Source of the DNA: Octopus vulgaris
Lineage: Eukaryota
Direction of reading: 5' to 3'
NCBI GenBank assembly: GCA_951406725.2
Contig: OX597816.1
Span: 74,586,001 to 74,650,000, forward strand
Length of the DNA: 64,000 nt
Each line of letters opens with the position of its first letter. Position 1 is the first letter of the stretch. Positions 41,545 through 55,869 of this stretch are shown here, in pieces. A program made the translations under genes and the position numbers. Below the pieces are notes generated by a model. That model worked only from the letters and a program-made list of their open reading frames with translations. It did no database searches and was not told where the DNA came from.

Positions 41545-42503
41545 TGTATGTATGTATGTATGTATGTATGTATGTATGTATGTATGAATGTATACACAGA
41601 ATGCCAGAATATTCTGTATTAAAACAGTATTAATATATGATATCAATAAGCGAGCAAGAATATATGGATCACTCATATAAGCATAAGATCAGACTTCTGG
41701 GTGAAAGGATCAATTCATTAACCTGAGACTTTACTTGAATAGTATTATTTCATACGCCTAATAATGGTTTCAAGTTCTGGCACATCACCAGCAATTTCAA
41801 GGGAAGGGGAAGTCGAATAAATCGTTTCTAGCGCTCAAATAGTACTTATTTTATCGTCCCCGAAAGGATCAAAAGTAAAGTCGACAGCGGTGAAATTTGA
41901 AAAACCACTGAGAATTTTGTCCGGGGCAGTAACGATTCTGCTCGCTCACCGCCTTACAGATAAGAATATATTGATTTCAAATTTTGGCACATGGCAAACA
42001 ATTTTGTGTGAGCGAGTAAGTCGGTTACATCTTCCCCAGTTCTCAAATGGTACTTATTTTATCGGCTCCGAAAAGATAAAAGGAAAAGTCAACCTGGATG
42101 AAATTTCAACCCAGAGCCTAAAGACGGATGAAATGCTGCTAAGCATTTTGTCCGGCGTGCTAATGGTCACAAATTTCGGGAGAGGCTAATTTGATTACAT
42201 CGACGCAGTGGAATTGGTACTTATTTTGTCTACCATGAGATGCTGATAGGCGGTATTTGGACTCAGAATGACAATTCCACCAACTCGCTGTCTTGGACAA
42301 TGTAACCAATGAAAGTAAGGAATCGAGAATGACTTGCTGGCTGTCAACATGTACCATGTTTTTAGATTATTCTTCAAGGTTCGAGAATCGAACACATTGC
42401 CTTACGATCGTGAACCCCACAGCCATAAGCATCAGGTCACATGCCTTTATAACACCAAACATACACCAGCGAAAAGTGAATAATATAGGTTTATGACACT
42501 TAC

Positions 42504-42638
42504 GAAAGTTGCAATGCTGGAAGTCTTCACTGGGTTGAAATCCTTCAAGACAAACACACTTTCTTTGATTACAGGTACTGTTGGCAACAGCTTCCATACA
42601 ATCTTCTTTCGTTTGGCAATTGCTGTCTCCAATTTTTC
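42504..42638 (-). CDS. Single-module exon of the EB/EGF-like repeat protein (or of a tandem paralog)
   Basis: Acceptor ttttcctacag|GA, donor TTTC|gtaagt, 135 nt, phase 1-1. Encodes KIGDSNCQTKEDCMEAVANSTCNQRKCVCLEGFQPSEDFQHCNF, matching the module consensus. Confidence 0.92.
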
Positions 42639-43099
42639 CTGTAGGAAAACAGAAAAATTAAAATTATATTATCTCCAACCACATTTAGTTGATATTTAAA
42701 AATTAAAGACAAGCAAAATATGAATATTTAACATGACATTTCAATATAACACATTTTAATTGCATGATAATTTAATTTCAAAACAAGACCAGAATAAAGT
42801 GCATTATGCATATAAATGACACAAGATATCAACAAAAGGCATATAAACATAGTCATCAACGCACATTATATTATATGCAACAAGAATATATACAATATAT
42901 TTATAAAGTAATCAAGGGATAAAAATGAAATGGCCTGAAAATAAGAAAAAGAAATATGTTAGTGGAAATATTTTAGTACAATAATTTCAAAACTTCAGTA
43001 AATAAAATACATATGCAAATATTAGCGATGTCAGGAATATTATTAAACGAAATACTGTGCATAGTACGTATGTGTATACACCACATAAATACACACATG

Positions 43100-43166
<67 letters not shown>

Positions 43167-43316
43167 AATTGATAGATATATATGTATGTATGTATGCATT
43201 AATGTCATTTATATATGTATATGTATATATATATATTAAAATGCATTCATACATATAGACTGACTGACTGACAAAATTGAAGACACGAGCTGTTATGTAT
43301 GAATATGTATGTATGA

Positions 43317-43347
<31 letters not shown>

Positions 43348-43373
43348 TGTGAGTGTGTCTGTGTATCTACGTG

Positions 43374-43418
<45 letters not shown>

Positions 43419-43553
43419 AGATGTACTCGCATAGCAAGTAATTTGATCTGAGATCGTGTGCTGAAACGAAAACAATTGCAGCGTGGGAGGTGTTTATAAG
43501 CCATTTAAGAAACACACAAAAGCCGTTCGATTCACTCCAACATTTAAGTTTAA

Positions 43554-43603
43554 TTTGTCAAAATATTTTCGTCGCTAAAATCCGCGACCTGTTCACTGAC
43601 AAA
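43554..43603 (-). ncRNA. Hammerhead-shaped three-way junction with non-canonical left core
   Basis: Minus: TTTGTCA-gtgaacag-GTCGC(ggatttta)GCGAC-GAAAATATTT-TGACAAA, inside a (TA)n-flanked ~210-bp element (43415-43628). Confidence 0.45.
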
Positions 43604-43624
43604 GTCCGTGCTGCATCAAAGTCC

Positions 43625-43676
<52 letters not shown>

Positions 43677-44059
43677 GTGTATATATGTATGTAAGTGTGC
43701 ATGTATGTATGTGTATATTTTTGTATATGCACAAAACTGTGCTCAGCAGGCCAAAAGGCAGAGACGGTGCGTTTTTCGCAGGAACTTGAGATTAAAGGAG
43801 TAAAACTTCCGCCATCTGTTAAGATCTCCAGCAGTGGGTGTCTGAAAAACATCAACTCGATACGATGAAACATTTGCAAACATTGATAATCAAGAAAAGG
43901 ATAATTCTGATATTTGTAAAGCTAATTAATATGATACTAAAGTAATATTTACAGTAACAAATGTTTAATAATTATTGCATTTGTTTAGTTCTTCTTCACA
44001 TTTGATGTATAAAGGTATGTCATTTGAGCAACTCTTTTCCTGTTATTATTTAATAAAGC

Positions 44060-44110
<51 letters not shown>

Positions 44111-44335
44111 TGTGCGTATGCGTGTGAGTCTTTTTTTATGTAGATATATATATATATATATATATGTGTGTGTTTGTGTGTGTGTGTGTGTAAATATGAA
44201 TATATGTATGTGTATGCATAGATAGATTGATATACATATCCATATATACACATATACACGTACACGCATATAAACATGTACGCACATACTCACACTCACA
44301 CACATAAAAATATTATATATATATATACATATACT

Positions 44336-44394
<59 letters not shown>

Positions 44395-44398
<4 letters not shown>

Positions 44399-44810
44399 TT
44401 TCGGTTTGAACGGCAGTTTTTTTCTAGCGGTGTCATATGAAATTGTCACCCATAATTAGTATCGATCTATTGCATTTCAATCTGTTTTAGGGTTAGGGAT
44501 AGTTAGTGTTAGGGGTGGGAGGAAAGGTATCTTTTTTTCTTCACAAATGTAAATAAACCCAATCTGTTTCTTATACGAGGGACGTATTCATACGGCACAA
44601 AATGTTTTCACCTCAATAGACGTCATTGATCGGTTGAAATTGCAGAAATTGTAGAAAGAAAACAACAAATATCTTACAAACTATAGAATTTTCTCAATAA
44701 ATCCAAGAGAAAAAGATGTTTTATAAACACATTCTACCTGTATACGAAGTTTAAAAGTGTTTAGTTACGTGGAAATTATTTTATAAAACTGCCGTTCAAA
44801 CCGAAAAGAT
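44395..44810. mobile_element. MITE with 26-bp TIRs
   Basis: atcttttcggtttgaacggcagtttt ... aaaactgccgttcaaaccgaaaagat, with internal TTAGGG units. Confidence 0.88.
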
Positions 44811-44840
44811 CCATTAAATATACATATATATTTATGTATA

Positions 44841-44983
<143 letters not shown>

Positions 44984-45565
44984 ATAAACATACATGCACG
45001 GATATCTTATGCAAAAATGTATATAGATATACATACACAAATGCATATATATCAATGTGTGTGTATGTATGAGTGTGTGTGTGTGTGTGTGTGAGTGCAT
45101 GTGTGCTTGCGTGTTTGTGCGAATGAAATCATATTCGCCAGACTTCATGGTGTTCGAAAAGGAGTAATATTATCTTAGTTGCTATATAAATACACGTATA
45201 GGTGCACACACCCACACAAGCACACATGCATGCACACACATACACACATAGGCATGCAACCGTTGAATATACCTATACATATTTGTGTGTGTATGAATCA
45301 TTTTGCTGTTTTATTTAATCACGACCACCCGTACTTAAAACGCACTCATTTCTTCTGTTTTTTTATTGTTTTTTTTTCCCAGACATAATGTATATTGAAC
45401 CACGTTAACCAATGAATCCGTTCTCTTTTTAACGCGGTAAGGTGTTATTTAGAAGAGATTTGACTGCCGTTTCTTGAAGGCTGAGAAACCTCGCTATCAT
45501 TCCGTTGTATTTCATCATTCTTGAAAAATACTAATAGTTAAACTCTAATGACTAATTGCTAATTA

Positions 45566-46077
45566 CCGTAAATCCTCGAGTATAGTCCGCCTTTGAATAT
45601 AATACGCAGGGGATTTTTATGGGGCTTTACCTCTGAAAAACCTAAACCTTGTGCATAATACGCACCCCTTCTCTAACTTGAGTCAAGGAGGTCTATATAA
45701 TGTCCTTGGTGTGTAAAACTGTATACGGTAACGTCCTTTATTAGTATTGTATATATAACACAATGCAAATGTGTAGCTTTTTTGTGCATTTTGTTTGCAG
45801 AAAACAAAGAAATAACAGTAATAACGTTTAATAAATGTTGCTTATTGCAAGTTATGGATGATTCTTTTATGACTTCATTGCTTTCAGGCTTAGCTGAAGG
45901 TATTTTCGCGTCCGAAATCACAAAATGCATCTGACCAAACATTGCCGGACAGCAAATAGAGACTCGGGCATTGCTTAGACAATAATTTTCATTTTTAACC
46001 TCGTATATTGTACGCACTAGGGATTTTGGCCTTTAAATTTTGGGGAAAAAATGCGGATTATACTCGAGGATTTACGG
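45566..46077. mobile_element. Tc1/mariner-pogo type MITE
   Basis: TIRs ccgtaaatcctcgagtata(g/a)tccgc match at 24/25 positions, flanked by TA on both sides. Confidence 0.9.
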
Positions 46078-46578
46078 TAGTTGTTAATGATGAATGCTTG
46101 CATGTATACAGGTGAATGCATGAGTATGATCTTTAATGTTGTTGATATTGTCGTTTAGCTCATGTTCAACCCTTACCTAACACATTTACGATCAATATTC
46201 CACTCGATAAGGTTGGCTTGGGAGCAAAGAACACAAAATGGCATTCCAGCCACAATACCATCTTTCAGTATATTGGGTACTATAGGGCTTTGTCTAGTGA
46301 GAGTCTTGGTTAGAAAGGAAAAATGAGTATTTACTTTGCGATCGATAGAAATGATATAAATCCGTCTCTTTAATTTAGTGACTTCAAAAGGATCAAAAGA
46401 GAAGCTATGATTTATAGGATCAGAACTGGAAAAAAGGGAAGTTGCTAAACCTTACAATTTATAAAGTATGAAAGTCTCTTCTGAAGACTGAACTGTAACT
46501 TTTACGAATATTTCACTTATGAGCTTAAAGTGAAAATCAGACAATAACAGTCTTATTCGTTCCGATGTTAAAAAATTG

Positions 46579-46619
<41 letters not shown>

Positions 46620-46629
<10 letters not shown>

Positions 46630-47526
46630 AAAAAATGAAGTTCGAAAATGTTGCTGCTATATTATACAATTTTTAATTTTTATATATACATTATAACATG
46701 TTTCAGTTCCTGAAATGAACCTTATCAAAAAAAGTTATATATAAAAAAAGAGACAGCTCATGCCGTCAAACACAAGAAATTCATTTACAATACACAACGT
46801 AGTCAGACATCTTAAAGTTCAAATATTGTCTGAAGTAAGTTCATTCATGCTATATGTTCAAAGTGTTCGATGCAGTGGCCCACGGTGGCGATACGTATTC
46901 AATACAAAAAACAGATCAAAGTGGTGGAAAGCAGTCAATACAGAAGATTGATGTTCCCGAAAGAGCGAGGAATTCATTTTTACCTTGAGCAATTGTGATG
47001 ACCCATGGTGGATGTTCGCTGGGTGGAAACGATTGGTCAAAACGTTGATGACGTCACGCTACACTGGACTGACCACCTAACAGGCATTATAAAACCCGAA
47101 CAATTTACAAGACTCACTAGAATCACCCAGCGAACATCCACCATGGGTCATCACAATTGCTCAAGGTAAAAATGAATTCCTCGCTCTTTCGGGAACATCA
47201 ATCTTCTGTATTGACTGCTTTCCACCACTTTGATCTGTTTTTTGTATTGAATACGTATCGCCACCGTGGGCCACTGCATCGAACACTTTGAACATATAGC
47301 ATGAATGAACTTACTTCAGACTATATTTGAACTTTAAGATGTCTGACTACGTTGTGTATTGTAAATGAATTTCTTGTGTTTGATGGCATGAGCTGTCTCT
47401 TTTTTTATATATAACTTTTTTTGATAAGGTTCATTTCAGGAACTGAAACATGTTATAATGTATATATAAAAATTAAAAATTGTATAATATAGCAGCATTT
47501 TCGAACTTCATTTTTTACAAATATAT
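46620..47526. repeat. Large inverted repeat (~405-bp arms, ~98-nt spacer) carrying a degenerate hammerhead in each arm
   Basis: Arms 46620-47025 and 47124-47526 differ at only a few sites. TTGATAA-GGTTC..GAACT-GAAAC-ATGTT occurs at 47421-47454. Confidence 0.95.
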
Positions 47527-47553
47527 ACCTACTCGTATACGAGCTAATCCTAT

Positions 47554-47686
<133 letters not shown>

Positions 47687-47985
47687 CATGCAACAAAGGA
47701 CTATAATTACACACACACACACACACACACATTTTGACAATATTTCCGACAGCTAAATGTATACTGTAAAGAAAAAAAATGGATATACTTACAGCCTTGA
47801 GATCTTCAAAACAAAAAATGATTCTTCAATTTAAAAACCATACAAACAAGAAATAAACATATGTATAACGTGGCAGCAAGCCGAAAGGCTTATCCTGTCA
47901 TCAACTCTCCTGTATTTATACCAAAAGTAAGTATTTATCAATGGCCCAGTGCCTCATGCTGAAGCAGGTACCACAGGGCTACAAT

Positions 47986-48017
<32 letters not shown>

Positions 48018-49941
48018 CTTCTTCTTCTTCTTCTTCTTCTTCTTCTTCTTCTTCTTCTCCTCCTCCTCCTCCTCCTATTCGTAATCCTTGTCCTACATCT
48101 TCTTGATGTTCTTTTCAAATCTTTTGCTTGTTTGGGTCATTGGACTGCGGCCGAACCAGGCTACCGCCCTTGAAGGTTATTTTTTGGTGGTAGTGGGTAG
48201 TTAAACTGATTGATCCTGGTACTTACTAGCAAGTTTGATACTTATTCTATCAGTCTCTTTAACCGAATCGCAACGGCGAAAGAGACCAATAAGTAAACAA
48301 ACCAACACCGGTTGTCAAGCGATTGTGGAGAAGGGTCAAACAAAGACACATACATGCAAACACATACACACACATATACACAAACACACACACGACACCC
48401 TTCGGCACAGTTTCTGTCTTTTAAATTCACTCCCAAAGCATTAGTGGACCCGGGGTTATAGTAAAAGACACTTTCCCAAGATGCCGCGCTGTGGGATTGA
48501 ACCCGAAACCACGTGGCTCTTTTTATTTAATACCAGCATATAATTTAGGGAGACTTGCCTGATATTTTTAGCATTATATGCAACAGTTTCACTGTTGTAA
48601 CCTGATGCAGCTTTTGGTGCTGAGTGTTGTTCCTTCGTCTGATGATACATCCACAAGAGGTACTGCGTCCCTCTTTGGATCATCTAAATACTAAAGTGGA
48701 CCATGGCAATAGTCATGACTTCTGACCTTCACGAATGAGGATTCAACGACTTGGCAATTCCTTTTTAATTACGATACAATTTGATGTTGATTTGTCTCCT
48801 CGGACATTTAGCTTATACTTATTAGCAAGAATGTGAAAAGATCTAGGTATAAACATCTTAAGATCTGCTAGGCTGAGAGATATGTTGCTGTTATCTACGT
48901 TTTCAGGAACAGTAAATCGAGGACTCTTTTATTCAGTGCGTCCTTCCTTTGTGAAGAGGACGGTGTTTGACATAAAAGAGTTTTAGTTGCTCTTTCTGGA
49001 ATGTCGAGAGACGGCATAAGAGTTTCTCTTGTCAGCGCTTGTTGTTGTAAACATCTTCAAACAAAATGGCATATCTGTTAACCAACATTATTCATTAATC
49101 GCATCTAGAATGGCTTCGTCTTCCTGCTGTGTGTATTAAGCATAATTTAAATACTGTTAATGTTATCATTATCTTTATCATTTTCTGAGACGTTTATTTT
49201 GCTGCACGGATAAAATGAAATTCATTCCTCTCGTAAACTTTTCATTGCATATAGTAACATACTCTTCATTATCAACATCTACTTCCTCAAATTTGACATT
49301 GAGTAAAGAGCTTTTCACATCTTGCACCAATTCTTCCAAGAGATAATTTCAGCAGTTGTTTATTACTTGAAAGCAACATCAGTTGTTACTATTCTCCCCT
49401 AAAGCATTGTTGACTATTCACTTTTACTCTCAAAAGATTCTTTATTTCTTTATTCCAGTTACCACAAAAGATACCTCTGAAAAAACTGAAGCATTGTAAA
49501 GAGTTCTAATGTTAAACATTTAAAAAGTTGATATGCACGTACATATTTATTTCCTTCAATTTCTACAAAATAAACAGCAAAATTAATAATTAGTTAAACC
49601 CAAATAATTATTTCGATAATAATTTTACATTAGATTCCTTGCAATGAAATATTTTACTGGATGTTAGTGCAAATGTATGGTCAATATTTCATAGCAAATT
49701 CATTACTTCATGCCGTCATTGTTATATTCAGAATTATATGTGAACATGAAGAACATGAAAAATAGAAATGTTAAAAACCATCAATTAGATATTAGATCAG
49801 CATAGTTATTAGAGGTATATATTAGGAATGGCGTATAAGGTAGTAAAGCTGTATGGTAGGAATGGATTTTCGGAATGGATTTATATGAGTATTCTATGAA
49901 TAAAATTATAGTTGTATACTAGGAATGAGATTAGATCTTCG

Positions 49942-49979
<38 letters not shown>

Positions 49980-51660
49980 CGTATGGGGTTAGTGGTGAAT
50001 GTTATAAATGGAGGCAGAGTTGTATATTAAGAATAGTGATAGAGTTGTGTATTAGGAATGGTTTTAGAGATGTATATTAGAAATTATGTTAAAGCCGTAT
50101 ATAATGAGTAAAGAAACACAAAGATACGTGTATTAGATGATCACTGCATGTAAGATCTTTAAACAATATTTCAAGGACAGGGAGTGTTTTGTTGACTCAA
50201 AATTCTCTTTCTGTATACTCACCTTACATGGAATGTGATATATATTCCAAACACTCATCATAATGAGAAATATTTTTAAAAATTCATAATTTCAACACCA
50301 GATTTTATGAAAATATAAGCCACAGAATCTGTTCTGATTTGGAATCATGTCTTCCGTAGAACTATTTTAAGTGAAAAGGTGAGATTTTTTTCAGTGGTCA
50401 TAGTATTAAGACTGTAATAATAATGCACCTTACCTGGAAAAGATGCTAGACTCTCGAATATTTGTAGCTTATAGATTATTCGAGCGCATTTCAAACTCAA
50501 TGCCATAAACCAAATACTTACTATGTTAATCAACCAAATCAGCCGTGTATTAGCTTGACTAGTTTATTAGATATGTTAGCATGTGTGACTGAACTTCGAA
50601 AATGATGGCCTCGAAATTTTGCGTCTATACTAAATAAATTTGCCGCATATAAATAACATTTCACTTATATTCGGTTCTGTTAAAAGACTTAATTCTACTT
50701 TGTTATGTCCAGAAATTTAATTCTATTTATCTCAAACCTAATAGGTGATGTGAATAATCAACTAATGTTCCTTATAAACCTTAAAACAGTTAGGGAACGA
50801 GAAATTGGTGAGGCTGAATTTTTGAATAGAACATGTTCAAATATTCGATGTTGTTTGACTCTACATAGAATTTACGAGTATAACAGCGAAGTGTCGAATA
50901 CAGATGAATCAACTTACGAAGAAGTGGTGAGTACCACGTTAGATGGCGACGTTTTCAGTAAAAGATAATTATATTTCTGCGACGAGGACAATAAGGCAGT
51001 TTTTAAATTCATTGAATGACACAAAATATTTTATAAGTAATAAGACCCAATTGTTTATATTTCTCAGATTGTAAAATAAAAATATTTCTCTCGATGATAG
51101 ACGTGAAAGAAAACAATAATGATTTTTTTTTTTTAATGCAGACAAGACTTGCTGAAAGACGAACTTAATTCCGTACATTCAAAATAGTCAGGACAAAATG
51201 CATTTGAAGTTTTAAATATAAGTAATTTGATCCAAGACACAAAAGTCAACAGAGGGAGAAATTACACTTAAATGCTTGTATTTGAAATTCATTACACGTA
51301 TTTAAAATGGCGGTTTTAACTGTGGATATTTTGAATCCAGACGTGAGATAGAGTTCTTTTTCTTCTACCGTCGATACCAGAAAATATAATGAAGTATTGA
51401 GATACGATTGATATTCAGTTTGAAAATCTGTGAATTACCATCTACGTGAAGAAACATATGTGGAGAGGAGGTTTTAGAAAACTGATGTCCTGGCGAAGCA
51501 TGAACAGCAAATATTCAGTTACTTTATTTCAAGTCTTTTACCAATCAAAGAAATATTAGATGTATCCCCATCTGTGATGAGGTATTGCAAATAAAAGCAG
51601 GAGAGTGGATTTTTTGATGAAGTGTTCTTTCTTGTGGATTAAATCTACATAAGAAGATTA

Positions 51661-51749
<89 letters not shown>

Positions 51750-52129
51750 TCATCATCATCATCATCATCACAAAAACAAAGGGAGAGAGAGAGAGTGGGG
51801 AAAGCAAGATCCATAGTGTGAGCTCAATTATATAACGTATTGAATTTCTGTAGAACAGAAAAATTCCTGTAAATGATACAATCATGAAACAACAGATCTG
51901 AAATCTCTAAGGATTGCACTCAGTTCAGGATCTCTTGTTATTGCTGAAAATATACTATTTATTTAAAAAGAAAGACGAATGCTTCAATCTTTACACATTT
52001 TTAATGTAAGTCGACCTTCGGTTCCGCTGGATATAGCAAAAAATAATGTAAAAAATTGGTTCAATTTTAAATAAACTTTTTGTATTTGTTTTGCGAAATT
52101 TTTGATGTGAAATCGTGTCTTGGAACTGA

Positions 52130-52345
52130 TATTGCTGTATTTTCGGAGGGTCATTCAGCCAATAAAAGCACATATTTGTTTCACTTCAGTTTTATCAATT
52201 GATTAATTATATAATTACTCAATTGATAAACCGGTTAACCATTTTATCAGTTGGTTAATTATTTCTAATTGACTAGTGATAAAACTGAAGTGAAACATAA
52301 CCAGTGCTTTTATGGCAGTATGACCTTTATAAAATGCAACATAAT
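52130..52345. mobile_element. Old palindromic MITE-like element
   Basis: gtttcacttcagttttatca (~52178) pairs with tgataaaactgaagtgaaac (~52277), with imperfect outward extension. Confidence 0.7.
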
Positions 52346-53333
52346 AAATTAATAGGGAGAAAGAGTGGAAGCTAACGTTAACATTTGAAAACTATTAATT
52401 CGTTCTCAATTGTGAGTTAAATGCTGTTTAATGTAACTTTAGAAACTTTAAAATAAACCTTATATAATTTCCAACATCCTTTTAAATATCAGAACTACAG
52501 ACAACAACTATGCCCCGCTCTAATGTATATGAAATTAATTCGTATACTTACCTAAAACCAGGCGTACTCCTCAACGCCTGTTTAATAGCTACTTAAAAGA
52601 TAACAACTTTGTGATGACGACAGGAGAAAAGTGATAAAAGAGCGCCTGTAATCCTATAAAACAAGTATCTTTCATTGAAGCCTTAGCAAAGTTGTTTCGT
52701 TGTTGAAACAAATTCTCCCTGACAGCTCTTTCCTCCCTGAAGTTTATGAATAAGCAGCATTTCAAAAAACTAACCTAAATGTAAACCTTTGATGTCAAAA
52801 ATGATCGGTGAAATAAATTTAATTTTTGTTTGTTTATTTTATTTTTACTATTATGGAATAGATATATTTAGCACTTTACTTGGTATAAATCATTTCTTCA
52901 AAGACGATCTGTTAAATGGTCTCATTAAACACACACACACACACACACATACACACACACAAAAACAAAAAGAAACAGGAAATTGACGCAATTTCAACGA
53001 ACGAAAGTCAAAGCATAATCATTAATTATTTTGTAAATCTTCTTCACACTAGATGTTCTATTTTGCATTTGATCAAAGATATATTGTTGCTTTATGAAAA
53101 CGATTTGATTTTTTCTTACAGCGATCAAAATACTTAGACTAAAATTTTTCATAAGTTCGTGTGTTGAATGTTTCTTCGATACTACAGGGATGGCATGGCT
53201 GTGTGGTTAAGAAACTCGCTTTGCAAACACCTAGACCTGGGTCTTTAGACAAGTTTTTTACACTATGAATCTATGAATTCAGATTCATTAATACCTTGTG
53301 AAGAGAATTTGATAAACAAAAACTGTGCGGGAA

Positions 53334-53409
<76 letters not shown>

Positions 53410-53921
53410 CGTGTGTGTGCGTATGGAGCTGTGACACAAAAATATAAAATCGTTCAGTGTAGCCTTGGACCTAAAGTGCATGGAGTTTAATATATGTGAA
53501 TTTATATGCGATAAAATAAACTTCCATTATCGCCCAAAACTGCGGTTTTGTTTAGCTGTGAACGTAAGCATTAGCGGATTTGAAAGTAACAAGATAACTT
53601 TAGACAGTGTAAGCTATGCACGAGATCGTCATTTGTCATAAGGCTGGATTTTTCTTTACACCATATATTAAATGCTCTTTTCTTTCGTACGTATGTATGA
53701 GTGTATGTATGCGTGCCTGGAGGGCCAAAGAGGAACGGAACTTTGGTAACAGTCCTGCCAATTCTTTTTCAAAACAATTCCTTTGCCACTAGATCTCATC
53801 TTTCACCTGTAACTCTACGAATGTTGTAGTGAGGTGCATACTTCAAAGTCTGATGAGACAGGTAGATGGCCATATTCATTCAACTGCATCCCAAGTATAT
53901 GTCCAGTTCTTTCAGCCCTCC

Positions 53922-53953
<32 letters not shown>

Positions 53954-54005
53954 TGTATGTATGTATGTATGTATGTATGTATGTATGCATGTATGTATGT
54001 ATGTA

Positions 54006-54059
<54 letters not shown>

Positions 54060-54062
54060 TGT

Positions 54063-54101
<39 letters not shown>

Positions 54102-54199
54102 ATCCAAACATGAAAACACAAAGAGAAAACACATCAACGCGACGACGTGGAACAAATATAGTGTTATTGGACGCTCAGGAAAGGAAAGAAAGAAGAAGG

Positions 54200-54234
54200 A
54201 TTTAACGTTTCGAGCGGAGCTCTTCGTCAGAAAC
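54200..54234 (-). ncRNA. Minimal type I hammerhead ribozyme motif in a solo pLTR-like repeat (54098-54303)
   Basis: Minus: gttt-CTGACGA-a-GAGC(tcc)GCTC-GAAAC-GTT-aaat, with a palindromic AACGTT stem III. Confidence 0.78.
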
Positions 54235-54308
54235 ATAGAAAAAAGAAAGGTCCATGGAAGGGAAGACGGAGAAAGGAAATCGCCAACGATACACACGCGG
54301 TCACACAC

Positions 54309-54436
<128 letters not shown>

Positions 54437-54675
54437 AGGATTATTACGAAGTAGCATTGGCATTATATTTAATTTGTTTTAATAAATATACACCCTCAAA
54501 TAGACCTACACATGTTTCTATTACATCCGTCAGTAACCGTCGCAACTGCAACGTTACTATAATACCGGTGCAGTTTCTTCAGTGTCTTCACTTTAGCATC
54601 CTTTGATTTAACTTTTCAAAGTTTTATATATATATGTATTTATATGTATGTGTGTGTTTGTGTATACATACATAC

Positions 54676-54756
<81 letters not shown>

Positions 54757-55189
54757 CGTGTGTGTGTGGGTGTGTGTGTATTTGGGAAAAGTAAAAAGAA
54801 AACAAAGAAAATGATTATTAGATATAAAAAACAAAGGCTTTGAAAGAAAAGCAAAGATATATACATATAATTAGATGTTCTGAGGTGGAATTATGAAGTG
54901 TATAAATCTTTATTATGAATCATTATAGAGATTCAAATACCGGTATCGTTAGAGCTGATCACTGACTTTGAATGAACACCGTGTTTGGGTGTTGAGTTTA
55001 ATAATACCTGAGTGAAAAGATTACAAGCAAGGGAGGTAAGCAGTTCTGGAAATGATACAATAAAGGTAGATATAAATATTGGAATATGAATGGTGTATGG
55101 AGATTAGTGGGATTATAGGTACTGGTAAGGTTAGTAGTGTCTTGTATTAAGTTGGGTGAACAATCCGACCCAGGAGCTATTCTTTGTAA

Positions 55190-55293
55190 GCTTAGTACTT
55201 ATTCTAACTGTCTCTTGTGCCAAACCGCTTAGTTACGGGGATGTAAACGCACTAACATCGGTTGTCAAGCGATGATGGGGGCGACAAACACAG

Positions 55294-55357
<64 letters not shown>

Positions 55358-55519
55358 GACGGGCTTCTTTCAGATTCCGTCTACCAAATCCACTCACAAG
55401 GCTTTGGTCGGCCCGAGGCTATAGTAGAAGACACTTGCCCAAGGTGCCACCTAGTGGGACTGAACCCGGAACCATGTGGTTGGTAAGCAAACTTCTTACA
55501 ACACAGCCACTTCTGCGCC
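55190..55519 (-). mobile_element. SINE family A
   Basis: Reverse complement of the 10229 element, with internal (TA)n. Confidence 0.87.
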
Positions 55520-55773
55520 TAAAAAGGCTAAGTTATCTTCTCGGGTCATGTCGACTCATAAGGGCCAGTTCCCCAGACTCATGGCGTATATATTCCCCAC
55601 CCAGACGGGACGCCGGTCCGTCACAGGGTTACTCATTTTTGCCAGCTGAGTGGACTTTGAACAGTGTTTTACTCAGGAACACAACGCTTCGCCCGGTCCA
55701 GTGATCGAAACCACAATCTTACGATCATGAGTCCAACACCCTAACCATTAAGCCACACTCCTCCACATAATGT

Positions 55774-55869
<96 letters not shown>

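Noticed and set aside
49150-49480. Acidic minus-strand stretch resembling a Tigger/pogo C-terminus or an exon
   Set aside because: Multiple stops and only vague similarity.
54500-54545. CTGACGG..GAAACATGTG hammerhead-like string (minus)
   Set aside because: Core mismatch, no stem II and a GUG site; too degenerate to support.
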